Positions 12,637 through 24,854 of a DNA stretch of 64,000 bases are shown piece by piece. A program made the translations under genes and the position numbers. Numbering within the stretch: position 1 is the first letter of the stretch; every line of letters starts with the position of its first letter. The notes under the pieces are model-generated. The model was not told the DNA's origin. It did not search any database and saw only the letters and a list, made by a program, of their open reading frames with translations. This DNA is from Selaginella moellendorffii (Eukaryota; Plantae; Lycopodiophyta), in assembly GCF_000143415.4 (NCBI RefSeq), contig NW_003314432.1:104851-168850 (forward strand). The letters run 5' to 3'.

Positions 12637-14915
12637 CTACTTACTTGTGGAGTGTGATTTACAATTCCACCTCTTGCAAGTCGTCTCCAAACACTCCAGA
12701 GGAACTGGCAGCTTCGAATCCCACTGTGCCGGACTGTTGATGGCCGATGAATCAAACTTTCCTGGTGTTGGTTTTGCTGCTGCTGCTCGACCATCACTGG
12801 CAGAGTGACTTCCAGAGCTGGGAGGTGGCGGCAACGAGATGGTCAACGGTGCTGCTGGATAGTGATTCAAATAGAACATTGCTGGCGAAGAGCCACTCGA
12901 GAGATGATCAGGCGTTGGCCCCGGATCGTTTCTCATATCCTGTACAACCGGCTGAGCGAATGCTGCTGCTGCAAACGGTCCATTCCCGTTTGAGAATGCC
13001 GTGTCGGGGACAAAGGCCGGTGCCGAGGAAGGATCCACCGAATGGTTGCTGTTGATATCTGGAGCAGCGGCAGCAGCGGCCGCAGGCACGAAAAATCTCG
13101 CTGCAGCCAAAGGCTTTGCGCTTGCCTTTGGCACCACGCCAAACAGTGGAGGAGAGTCCGATGATGTCTTGGATGGTGTTACGCTACCTTTGTTGAATGT
13201 ATCGACATATCTGCAAAAACCTCGTGAGATTGGAGTGTGGGATTCCACTCACAACCGGTTGCGGCCTTTCCGGAGTTGGCTGTCGTCTCTCTGGAGACAT
13301 GGAAATAGGAGCGCCGTTCTCCTCCACGCGCGAGACGAGCTTGTTTGCCGTGGGAGGAGGAGCCAACGGAAGCTCTGGCGCTTGTGCCTCGGCTCCTTCT
13401 TCAACCCAGCGCTTCAGTGTCTCGTCGTATCTAAACTTGTTGCTGTCGCCAAGCTTTGCCTGCATCACGTACCAACCATTAGCGCTCTTTCCAAAGCTTC
13501 TACAAACCTCCTTCGAAGGTGTTTTTATGAAGCCCATCGCTCTTTGCACGAAAGAAGTAAAGACGTCTCTGTTTGGCGTTCCTTTCGTTGGACTAACGAT
13601 CTGATGAAAGAATACAAGTCTTAATCGAAGGTACACAAGAGCAAGTCGAGTTACCTGTGCAGGCCTGTGAAATGCTTCTTGCTGGCATGTTGGATCTTCT
13701 CGTATTATCACTTATGGGTTCCATTGATGCTGACGAGGCAAGTGATACACTAGCTGTTGCAGGACAGTTATTAATATCAGCATATCAGAAGCTTTCGGGG
13801 AAGAAGGGCCTATCATCTTGTGTAGACCAATATTGCCAAAAAACCGTTGCACAATTGACGTCGAGCCTCCCTGGATAACAGGAAAGTGAGTATAAAAGCC
13901 GAGTGTCCGATTACAAACCTGAGAGTGGATACGAAGACGCTCTTCCAAGGCTACAGCCGCTTCTTTGCACACATCAGCTGCATGGCCCACTGTTTTCAAA
14001 GAGAAACCTTAAGGATACAGTTAAGAATCACTACCAACCTTAAAGCTTCGTTTATCTTTCCAGCTTCAGCAAGCATCGACGCATAAATAAGCTTGTATGG
14101 CTGAAAAGGAAGTAAAATAAACTGGGAATTGCCGGTCATTCTTGCAAATTCTTCCATTCGCTGATGAAGAAAAGGTTAACAATTGTTATTGAGGACAAAC
14201 ACGGCTTACCTGGATAGCTTCTGGACTAGCGTACGTGCGTGGATACAATGGTCGGCAGCTATAAGACAAAGTCCGGCAGAAGTAGAGAAAGGCTCAAAAC
14301 TAGCATTTGCAACACGATAGCAAATATGGGCTCCACATATCTGCAAGTTAAAACTATGAGAAACATCAACGTGTGACCATGTATATACCTCATCTCGATG
14401 TCTCCAGAGACAATCACCAAGATGCATAATCACTCTCTCGTCCCCATTAGTTCGGTTAACTGCCATTATAGCCAGGTTTTCCTGCCATTCTTCGAGCATT
14501 CCTTCTACTGCGTCCTGCAAGTCAACATGCACTCCTTAAGCAAGAGAGCAGCTTGATAAAAGTATTTCACCTGTGTTGCACCATCTACAGCGGACGCTGG
14601 AACCGGTTGAGGTTGAAGCGCTGTTACGTTCGACGAATTAGTGTTCCCTATGAACACTCCGGCATGTTGACCAGCATAAAGAAGAGTTAGAGTCCGGAGG
14701 GTTGAAACTGACGTTGAGCCATCTCCACTATAGTGTCGGTGTACTATTAAAAACCACAAGACCATCACTAACGGTCTCTACAAGACTAGGTACCTTCTCT
14801 CCCAGCTGCCGGGCCATAAGAAGAGCACATCCCCAAAGTTGCCCGTCTTGGGCAGCCCGTAAAGCCTCTTTCTGCTTTCCGGCAATCAGTAGCCTTTTCA
14901 CCTCAAATGCAGTTG
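12637..14915 (-). pseudogene. SEC16: COPII coat assembly protein SEC16 homolog, 3' two-thirds only (multi-exon, 5' end missing)
   Basis: EVKRLLIAGKQKEALRAAQDGQLWGCALLMARQLGEK; LEEWQENLAIMAVNRTNGDERVIMHLGDCLW; AHICY.VANASFEPFS..AGLCLIAADH; FQPYKLIYASMLAEAGK; AKLGDSNKFRYDETLKRWVEEG; RYVDTFNKG. These are typical plant SEC16 motifs. Confidence 0.8.
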
Positions 14916-15039
14916 CCTGTCGCCAGAAAGTCTTTGTTTGTATCAACTCAAGAGAAAAAGACTGCCCAACCTGCATTTGCTGTTCGGTTGGAGTTGTCTG
15001 TAGACAGCGAGAGCCAAAAGCCCATGACTCTTTATGTTC

Positions 15040-15538
15040 TCAAACAAAGCCTCGGCTTCTTCCAAATGCCCTTTCCTGGCAAATGCTGTGACGAGGGCAG
15101 TCTGCGCAACGATTGTCTTCACGGGCATCCGATCAAAGAAATCCTTGGCAGAAGCTATCTTTCCACTGCGGATGCAAAGCGTGATCATCACATTTCAAGA
15201 GATCTCGCTCTTCTCTGGAGCCAATTCGAAAATCTCTCGCGCTTTATCAAGATGCCCGTTGTCGGCATATGCCGTGACGATCGAGTTCCACGTCGAGGCA
15301 TCTCGCCGGAGCATCCCATCGAACGTTCTGCGCGCTCGATTTAGATATTTCGCCTGTGCGTAGGCCTGGATCATGATTTGGGAGGAGAAGAGCTTAGGAT
15401 TCTCTATGGATTCCAAGATTGCACGGGGCGTCATCGACGCTGCCGCATTTGCCATACATCTGGACGAGCAGATTCGCGAGGTATTTGTTGCGGCGGTGCT
15501 CGCTCTGCGCAATGCGGGCGTGGATTTGCCTCCCTGTG
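15040..15538 (-). pseudogene. PLS-class PPR gene fragment (frameshifted, 5' part displaced by an inversion)
   Basis: GRQIHARIAQSEHRRNKYLANLLVQMYGKCGSVDDA; RDASTWNSIVTAYADNGHLDKAREIF; TALVTAFARKGHLEEAEALF; stop and frameshift present. Confidence 0.8.
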
Positions 15539-15559
15539 TCTGGAGCAGACGAAGTGGAA

Positions 15560-16300
15560 GCCCTAGTGAAGAATAGTGAGTTTTGGATGTAGTATTCTGA
15601 GCTTCTCGTGATCATGGCCCCAATTCTAAAGCTGTTAAACATAGTTGATAGAGATGGCGCAGGGATGTGTGTCATCTTTGAAGCTATGGATCAAATGCAA
15701 AAGAGCTTATAGAAATTCGCTGATGATGATGTGGTGGACAAGCAGAGAATTGAAATGATTAAAGCATTCATATACAATAATGATTAGTTTGGTCCAAACT
15801 GTTAGCTCATGATGCACAATTGTCTGCAAAGTGTGGCTGTTGTTTACATCCATTGTGGATGGACATGGAAGAGGATGTTGAAGGCAATGATACCCATGCA
15901 TACTTTGAATAGATTTCAAAGGGGGATTTGAAGCTTAAGGAAACGTTAGTGCTTCAATTTCATGATTTCAAGAAAAATCAACCTACACAGATAAGACATA
16001 ATCTAGAGAGTATATATCTCAACTCCTTGACCTGCAAAAGGTGGCTATATAAGTGCTCAACCAATGTATTTCAATTTTTGATGCTAAAAGAAATTAGAGC
16101 ATTTGGAGCATTGTCTAGTCTAAGAGAAGAGCTCAGTTGCTAGTTGTGAACATGAAAAGTTAGTGTATTGTTACACTAACTTGAAGTTAATCCAACTCAT
16201 AGAGACAAAGGGCACCCCTTGTAAGGAAATTGATCATGATGATTTGGATTTAGAAGCCAATTGGGAGAGGCTTTTATATATGCAGCAAATGATGGAAGAA
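15560..16300 (+). mobile_element. hAT transposase remnant (C-terminal and dimerisation region)
   Basis: IMAPILKLLNIVDRDGAGMCVIFEAMDQMQKEL (about 15610-15710) and DLQKVAI*VLNQCISIFDAKRN*SIWSIV*SKRR...LVYCYTNLKL (about 16030-16190) resemble plant hAT motifs. Confidence 0.7.
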
Positions 16301-16559
16301 TTCTAAGAACTTTTATAAGAGATAGATGAAAGTGTTGTATGATCTTGAAATCATGCAGTAGAATATCCTAATATTTAAAAGAATCTTTTAGAATCTTTTT
16401 CATTTCTTTAGGTTTTTAGGTTTGTTACTGACAAACGTGTTTGGAGAAAAATTTGACATTTGCAAAATTATGCATTTGGAACGTTTGTGTGTTTGCTTGG
16501 TAAGTATGGTTTCTACCACGAATTCTTGCTCCAGATCGGGGAGAACTAATAGAGGAGAC

Positions 16560-16763
16560 TTGGAGGAATCATCATTTGAGCTCCACAAAGCTCAAAAAAA
16601 TGGAAATCTTGTAATTTATGATAAAAATTACAGAGAGATCTTAGTATATCATTTAAAGAAACAAGATAAATGGGTTACATATGCATTATGTGTTGAAAAT
16701 GAAGGATATCTTGCTGTTTATAATACAAATTTGCAAATTTGTGTATGGAAATCAAATTATTAA
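16560..16763 (+). pseudogene. Bulb-type (B) mannose-binding lectin domain fragment
   Basis: QKNGNLVIYD...YALCVENEGYLAVYNTNLQICVWKS resembles the QxDxNxVxY repeats of B-lectins. Confidence 0.5.
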
Positions 16764-17672
16764 ATTTCTTTAACATTAAGATAATTCACCATGATTATTT
16801 TTAAATAAACTATTTCATATCATTAGCTAATAAAAAACAGGGAAAATTACATTTGTACCCCTAAAAATTTACAAAATAACAAATTTGCCTTAGAAGTTTT
16901 AAAATTATAGTTTTGATTCTACAAAGCTAGAAAACTACCCTTACTCAACCTTCAACTAAAATAATCTAGAGTATTATATTTAATTTGGGGCAAATGGGAT
17001 TAAGGATTAGGGCTAATTGATTATTGAGGTTTGTGCTAGAAAGGAATTACAGTAGGAAATTGTTTTGATTCTATTAAGGAGTTATAAAAGGTAATTAAAG
17101 TGATGTTATTTAGTATGAAGTCGTGATTGCTACTACATCATTAGTTTAGTTGATATAACAGTATTCAAGATTCACTCAGAGCACCACATTCAAATTGTGA
17201 GGCTTGTTGAAAAGACTTATTTTTGCTTTGGTTCGCAAAAGATTAATATTCCATGTCTTTTATGCAATTATAACTATCATATTTTACAGAGAGCATATGT
17301 AATTCTACACCCATCCTTGCTACTCACTTGAGGCTTATTGTGGCGCATATATAGGTCTTTTTTTCTGGAGGGCTTGTGCAAGAATAATACATAACCATTA
17401 AAAATCCTCTTAGTTATCTAAAGAAAAAATGTGTATAAACATAATACATTGGTTAAGATAAAAAGGGCTTTCCATTGTGGATGATGCCATTACGTAGAAC
17501 ATAGCAGATGAACTTGTTAGTAGCTAATTTAATTAGTTTATTTGATTTTCTTTCTATCTTATTTGTTATTCCCTTGAATATATGTTAATAAGTAGAATAT
17601 TCTAGAATATTCTAGTTGAAGAGTGTTAAAAGGTTGAGTAAGGGTTTTCTTTTGTAATATGTAAAATTTTGT

Positions 17673-18130
17673 GAGATGGAAATTCATTGATTGTTCTTTT
17701 TTGTTCTTGTGGAGATGGACCATTTTACTTCGATCACAGCAAGCTCCATTCCAGAGGATGTAAGGACTGGAGGGAGGAGAGAGCCAATCTTATAAGCCCA
17801 GTGGAGTAGAGGAATTCTCACCAGAGAGTAAAATCTTTGCTTCTTCCAGGGTGTCCTTGTTCTTGCAAGGCAAGATGGATTATCTTCTTCTTCTTAGCCG
17901 TGATCTCCAAGCTAGATTGGAATGTTCTTTCTCCGTCCAGGATTCTCAAGAGCTGTGGAGGTCGCGCCCGGATTCTCGCAAGGAATACCTCGCGAATCGC
18001 GAATGCATGTGAGATCCAGCAAAGTTTATGGCATTGCTCTTCCCCAATTTCGTGATTTCCACAGACACCTCAGAGGATTGCTTGCTCTCCTGGGGAGCAC
18101 TGCTCAAGAACTGCCGGGATCTGTCACAGG
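17673..18130 (+). other. Locally inverted segment carrying the fucosidase ATG (minus strand, 17687) and the 5' end of the PPR fragment
   Basis: Same orientation as 49185-49548, while both flanks are inverted relative to that copy. Encodes SWGALLKNCRDLSQ, whose continuation GRQIHAR lies at 15535 on the minus strand. Confidence 0.75.
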
Positions 18131-19700
18131 TCTTTCTTGCTCCTCGAGATACTAGTGGAGCTGTCGCCCTAAATTCGCCCCCACCGCTCCCTCTCCGCCC
18201 AATTCCCTCATGGCGCCAGCTCCAGTTCCACTCGCGCCGCCTCTCGATGTTCTTCCACTTCGGCGTCAACTCGGAGCGTGGATCCGGCCACGAATCGCCC
18301 TCCATCTTCAACCCGGAGCGATTGAATACGTCGCAGTGGATGGACGCGGCCCAATCCGCGGGCGCGCAGCTCGTGATCCTCACGGTCAAGCACCACGACG
18401 GGTTCTGCCTGTGGCCCTCGGCCTACAGCTCTTGGCGAGGAGGGAAGGGGGATGTGGTGGCCGAGTTCGTGGCCGCCGCCAGGGAGCGTACGTGGGCTTT
18501 TACCTCTCGCCATGGGATTTGCACGAGAGCTGCTATGGCGACACTCTTCTCTACAACGAGTTCTACTTGGCTCAGCTCCCGGAGCTTCTTACTGGGTGAG
18601 TGAGACATTCTTTGCTTCTTCTTCACGCATTTTTCTTGGTGGCATGATCACTGTGTGATATGTTTGCATTTGCTCCAGCCCATCAAACGGTTTTAGCATT
18701 AGGAGCTCGCGAGCTTGTGGGCTTTTGTAGTTTTCATCTCTAGCAGCAGATGCCTTGACGCGGCATTCTGTTTTGGCGTGCAGATATGGGCCGATCTTCG
18801 AGGTGTGGCTGGATGGTGCGAAATCACCCACTGCAGTGAACATGAGCTACGATTTTGAGCTCTGGTTTGACACGATTCATCCCCGGTGGCAACATCTTTT
18901 CCGATGCTGGCCCCGACATCCGATGGGTTGGGAACGAGTATGGCGAGGCTGGACAACCATGCTGAGCGATGGCGAACAGATCTTCCATTACGATTGGCAG
19001 GAGCGATGGCCAGTACGTAAAATCCATCCTTCCATGAAACTTTCGTTCTCGTGAAACTCAATCCAATTCGCAACATCAACAGGTACTTGATGTCTTGAGA
19101 GAGTGCTGGAACCGGCTGGCTCCCTCCGGAGTGCGATATCTCCATCAGGCCCGGTTGGTTTTGGCACAGGAACGAGGCTCCAAAATCCCTGGAGCAGCTG
19201 CTCGACGTTTTCTACAAATCATCCACCAGGAACTGCTTGCTTCTGCTCAACGTCCCTCCAAACTCGTCGGGACTGATCGACGAATCTGACTTCCAGACGC
19301 TGGAGCGGTTTAGCTCCGCCATAGATTCCATCTTCAGCGTCAACTTAGCAGCGAATCCCTTGTCCGTGACAGCAAGCAGCGTTCACAGCTCTTCGTTCGG
19401 GCCGAAGCAAATCCTTGATGAGCGTATGGAAACTTTCTGGGCTCCAATGCAAGGGGAGTCAACCGGCTGGATCGAGCTTGATCTTGGCAAGGTCTCAAAG
19501 TTCAACACACTGGAGATCCGAGAGCCAGTAAACATGGGACAAAGGGTCATGGAATATCATGTCAAGGCATGGGACAGCGAGCTGGGCTGGTACCTGGTGA
19601 GCAACAGTAGCACCATTTGGGGGGGGGGAGGGATCCATTTATCTGCTTCTTTGGTTTATACTTCGATATATACAACCTGAGGCACTTGTCTTCTATTTAT
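18131..19700 (+). pseudogene. Alpha-L-fucosidase (GH29, FUC1-like) pseudogene, copy 1
   Basis: MFFHFGVN, VILTVKHHDGFCLWPS, GFYLSPWD, YGPIFEVWLDGA, ECDISIRPGWFWH, LLLNVPPNSSGLI, C-terminal F5/8-like region; GT-AG introns; several deletions and frameshifts; start codon displaced. Confidence 0.88.
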
Positions 19701-19723
19701 AAGAGAAATTACAAGAGGATATA

Positions 19724-20077
19724 CCCCTCTAAGTGGATCAAGATATTATCAATGAAGTCAACAGTCATCTCGGCATATCATAAAGAATACGAGTACTTGC
19801 TTAGCAAATGCTGTGGTGTTGATCACACACCGCAAGCAATGAAGCCCTAGGAGTGCATAGCATAACACCTGTCACCATGCCCTCTTCTCTTCCCGGCCAC
19901 ACATGCATCCTGCTCATTGGCCACCACAACATTGAGCCAATATTCCCACTAACCATGGCCACTGGTCCTGGCCTGGGCTTGGGGTGGCCTCTCCTTTCTG
20001 AGAACTATGGCTTCTGAGGCTGCCCCGGGCCTAGGATCAGACGGCTGTGGGGGTATGGTCCCTTCGTTGTTATTATT
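19724..20077 (+). mobile_element. About 350-bp insertion ending in a (TAT)n tail; SINE or 5'-truncated LINE-like
   Basis: Absent from the paralogous flank at about 47500-47512, where the two sides are adjacent. Ends ...cccttcgttgttattatta. Confidence 0.45.
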
Positions 20078-20349
20078 ATAGATATTTCATGGATACACAT
20101 TTCAGGTATGAGAAGCATAGCTTTGGGTTGGAAATCCCTGGCCTGATCAATAACAGTCTCTTTGCATCACTCCTAACAGATTGGAGCCTAGAGAACAACC
20201 AAAAAAAATCAAGAGATAGCCCTCTACCCTTTGAGCTTGTGGAAAGTACCCTTGCATGGAGGTGGTAGCTGGTTAAACTTGAGAACTTAGCTTGTCTGGA
20301 GGACCTACTGTTGCTCTTGTGTCCTTGCCACAAAATCACACTTGCAAAC

Positions 20350-20560
20350 ATGAATGATTATAAGGTGGTGGAGGATTAGTTTTACAATAACTTTTAAGCA
20401 TTACTATTATTAAGCTTAGAGAATGTTTTATATGCTAAATTATACTTGGCAGATAATATTAAGCCTTGGTGGAGAACAAAAGAGGTTAATAAAGGACCAG
20501 TGGCCACTTGGGAAATGATAAAAATGAAGATCCGTACAACTTATATATCCAAACATTGAA
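20350..20560 (+). mobile_element. Retrotransposon gag remnant
   Basis: YAKLYLADNIKPWWRTKEVNKGPVATWEMIKMKIRTTYI resembles the gag A..WW...TW..K..F pattern. Confidence 0.45.
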
Positions 20561-21599
20561 CTAGTAGTTCTCATATTTAAAAGCTTTGAAAATAAATTAG
20601 AAACATCTTTTTGCAGAAACCGTCACTCAACTATATGTAATCAACGTGATGACCATTATTAAAATGTTTTTAATTTATAAACACAAAATTATTCTACATA
20701 AATATCAACAATTAAATTATAGAATATTCAAGAATACCCAAGTATATCCTATGTTGGTTTGCTTAAGCAAACCAAAAATATGCCTAAATTGAAGAAATAC
20801 TCAAAGGTGTAAATGACTATAACTTAACTAAAGCCATAAAAGATAGGTATTGTGGAAAAATAAAGAATATAAATATAACAAAATTGATATGTGTGCAAAT
20901 ACTAAACAGGTCATACACCTTATGGGTGTTCTTTGCAAATAGCCTGCAGAAAATAAGCTATTAAAATAAATATTTGATTTGTAAAGAATACTTTATGCAT
21001 TAAAAATATGAGCTTATATAGCACTTTTTCTCCATCTAGCATGTCATAGAGGACATAGTAGCAATCTATTTAAATTATAACTCAATGTAGATTAAAATCA
21101 CTAAAGGATGATCCTAATGATTCAAAACAACTATTATACTTGTCTCAAAAGGCTAGCAATATTCTAATCTGAATACCAATCCTGGATTTGGAATGATGCT
21201 AGACTGGAAGATTAAAGGGAACTGAAGTATATCTCTAGTTGAGTCTAGTATTCCTAAGAGTTTAAGAATGATTAAGATTGTACTCCAATATGTTAGTTTT
21301 GAAAATTTTCATATACTTATATTCCATGATATTGGAAGAGAAGGGAATAGATTGGTCACGAAACATTGAACAAGTGCTAGTTGCCATTGAAGAAGCAATA
21401 TTGCCCTATACAACAACATTATATATAAAACTCCACCCTGCAGAATAGAAAGAAAGTTTTCGAAGGGAATGGATCAGTAGGAAATGGCACTTGTGATATT
21501 TCTTATTTCCAATGGGGAGAATTGTTTGGGATGTTGAGCATCCCTGATTGCTATGCTAGATAATATGTTTGATAACATATGTCAAACTTCTCATCATCA

Positions 21600-22045
21600 A
21601 ATCACTTAACTTCATTTACGAAAACATCATCACAAGATATGGCTTACCTTGAGAACTCATCACTGATCAAGGAACACACTTCATCAATGAAACAATCAAG
21701 ATTCTGGCTCAAGAATTCACTATCCAGCACAAGGCTTCAACACCATACTACCCTCAGGGCAACGGTCAAGCAGAGTCTACAAACAAGACACTCAAAAACA
21801 TCCTCATGAAAATCGTGAAAATAAATCAGAAAGACTGGGACGATTACATCTATAATGCTTTGTAAGCATATCGAACTGCATATAAAGTTTCAATAAATTC
21901 AACACCATTCAAACTCACCTACGGCCTTGAATCTTTGACACTACTTGAGTACATCGTTCCATCACTATAAATGGCAATATAATACAAAATCAACCAAAAA
22001 GAATCAATCAAAAGAAGACTAACCATGCTAGAACAACTTATTGCT
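21600..22045 (+). mobile_element. Ty3/gypsy integrase core fragment
   Basis: ENIITRYGLP*ELITDQGTHFIN...STPYYPQGNGQAESTNKTLKNIL...DWDDYI..AL*AYRTAYK..TPFKLTYG. Confidence 0.85.
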
Positions 22046-22189
22046 AGCTAAGATCCTTTGACTATCTCGTTTTGAAGCTTTGGAATGCTCAAGGAGTCTT
22101 TTCTAACTCAGCAAAGATGTTGCTTCATATGATGGCCAAGGCTAACTATTATCAAACAGTTCTTTTGATAGAGTTATGCAATCTCACAT

Positions 22190-24740
22190 GCAAGGCACTA
22201 CTTTGATGATGTCCTATGACTAAGGAGGAACATGAGATGCATGTGAGGCAAATGTTGCCACTATTGAGGGAGAACAAACTGTATTCTAAACTGTCAAAGC
22301 GTGACTTCTTCTTGGAGGAGATCACATATCTTGGACATGTGGTGCCATGAGATGGTGTGCGGGAAGATCCTCAAAAGACTCAGATAGTCATTGACTAGCT
22401 TGTTCCCCCTACTGTGCATGGGTTTCCTTGGTATGGTGGGAGTCTTTTGCCGGCTTGTGAAGAACTTCTCCTTGATTGCTGCTCCTTTGATGGATATTCT
22501 GCAAAACACCACCAAGCATGCTAAGTTGGTGTGGGGTGAAAGTGTCAAGAAGTGTTTGAGCAATTAAAGCAGTCATGTATATTCTACAGATATTTGCTTG
22601 TGATAAGCCACTTGTGGTAGAAGGCTAAGGCTCACACTATGGAGTCTATGCGTTCAGAGGGTATGGCTCATGAGTCCTTTTCTCTTTCTGATCCTAGTGA
22701 GCCCATGGGTGTCAGTGTGGACCAAGGAGAGAATGTATCTACTCGTGTTCTAGCTGACACTGCTGTCACTAAGCTTTCTGAAGGAGTGAAGAAGAATTGT
22801 ATCAACTCATCTGAGCTATACAGTTGTTTGTGCAATGAGTTGTGCATAGCCAAGTGCTCAGTGTCCTCTTTGACTCTGGTGCTACGCATACTTTCATTAA
22901 CAAGGCTAGTGATGAGGGTATAGGAGCTGTCTTGGTGCAAGACTGCTGTCCTATTGCCTACATAAGCTACAAGTTTGATGCAACTTAGCTGAATTGGCAA
23001 CTCGGGATAGGAAGTTGTATGTTGTAGTTGTTGCGGTCAAAGAATGGAGGCATTATCTGTATGGTTTGAATTTTTCATGTGGATAACTTTACCACTTGTC
23101 ACTCTTTCCACTCGCCAGATGGAGCTTTGAGGCCAGCTAGCTCATTCACTGGAGTTTTTGCAGGAAATGGATGTGCAGATTCCAAATCACCAGAGGGGTT
23201 TAAGGTGACGAAAACCGATTTCCCTAGGGATTCCGGAGTAAAAGTCAAAGGGTAATTTTGACCGTGAATTCGGAAGTTGCTAGGTTTTCCAAGATCTACA
23301 ACTTTTCTTTAAGACAATTTTCCTGTTTCTAAAAGGAGTAGACAGTAAAGGTTGTTGTTTCTCCATTGTCTAGGATGGTGAACTTTATCTCATTTGGGAA
23401 GCTCTCCAGTGGTTTGCTGGATGAAATTAAGGAACTTGCTGACTTCAACTCCTTTGTAGTGAAGGCACGTGCAGTTGTTTTGAAGGGGGATGCCTCTTCC
23501 AATACAATTGTGCTTCCTTCAATGTATGAGATGGTTTCCTAGTCAAGAGGAATCGGGCTATGGTTCCTAGAGATGATGTTCTTTTACAGTGGATTCTGTA
23601 AGAGTGTCTGTTGCACCAAGTGCAGGACATCAAGGACGTGTGTTCTGGTAGAGATGCATTTATTTTGGCTTGGAATGTTGATAAGTATGTGCACAATTGT
23701 TAGACTGGCCAGGCAGTCACAATGGATTGTCAGAAGCATGAAGGTCTCTACCATAGTTAACCTCAGTGGAAGTGGGATAGCATTTTCTATGAGTTTCATA
23801 GTAGGCACTTCAAGGCAATGATGCTATTTGGGTTGTTGTGGATTGTGTGATGATGTTGGCTCACTTCTTCCTTGTGAAGATGAATGCTAAGGCTTTTGAC
23901 CTTGCTCAGCTGTATTTCTCTATGGGCTGCATGAGGATGTTGTAAGTGATCGGGATCCCACGTTCACTTTGGTGTTTTGGCAGATGGTGTTCCAGAAGCT
24001 TGAGACAAAGCTGAGCATGAGCATCCACAGTCAGATGGACAAACAAAACGAGTTAATTAGGTGCTGGAAGACATGCTGAGATCATTTGTTGGTCATTTGA
24101 AGAGGCAAGGTATTTGGGAGAAGTACCTGCCTTTGTTAAAGATTGCCCATAACTGTGCCTTCCATTTGGCTATTGAGATAGCTTTGTTTATGGCAATGTA
24201 TGGCTTTCAACCTCAGTCCCCTGTTGGTATGAACTTGGCTTCTCTTAAGGTGCGCCAGGCAAAGGAGTTGGCTGATGAGCATCATCAGCACAAGCAGTTT
24301 CAGGTTGGAGACAAGGTTTTCCTTCGGTTGTCTGAAGCTCAGTGAGCTCTTCAAGGTGGAGGTAGTTCTAAGTTGTTGCCACAGTACTGTGGGCCTTGGA
24401 TTATTCTCAAACGAGCTGGAGACCTTGCCTATCAACTAGATTTGCCTAGTGGTGTGAACATTCATCCCGTCTTCTATGTAGGAAGTTGAAGGCATGTTTG
24501 CATTCTGGTAATATCTTGGACCAGTCTGCGATCAAGATTCCAGAGATAGATGTTTGAAGGTTGGCCCTACTTGTGTGTTATAGCAACAGCTAGTGCGCAC
24601 ACATCATAAAACTTGGAGAGAGTTACTCGTTCAGTGGAATGGTTATTCTCCATATGATGCTACATGGGAAGCTGAGGATGATGTTGCTTCCTAATTTTGA
24701 GTATGACTTGGATGACATTCCAGAGGAAGAGGAGAATTAG
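22190..24740 (+). mobile_element. Degenerate chromovirus-type Ty3/gypsy pol (RT end, RNase H, integrase, chromodomain)
   Basis: LRENKLYSKLSKRDFFLEEITYLGH; ELYVVVVAVKEWRHYLYG; VSDRDP.FT..FW; HPQSDGQTKRVN*VLEDMLR; YCGPW....GDLAYQLDLP..IHPVF; LVQWNGYSPYDATWEAE. Confidence 0.85.
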
Positions 24741-24854
24741 TCGTTTGCTCCTATCCTTTCTTTCTTTTCTGACCCTGTTGATGGCTGGAGGTGTTGTGTC
24801 ACATGAGACAGTTAGTGGTTTTGTTAGCGGGATGCTTTGCTAGCTTCTCTCTCC

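Noticed and set aside
13001-13624. Plus-strand 207-aa and 135-aa ORFs
   Set aside because: Antisense to SEC16 exons.
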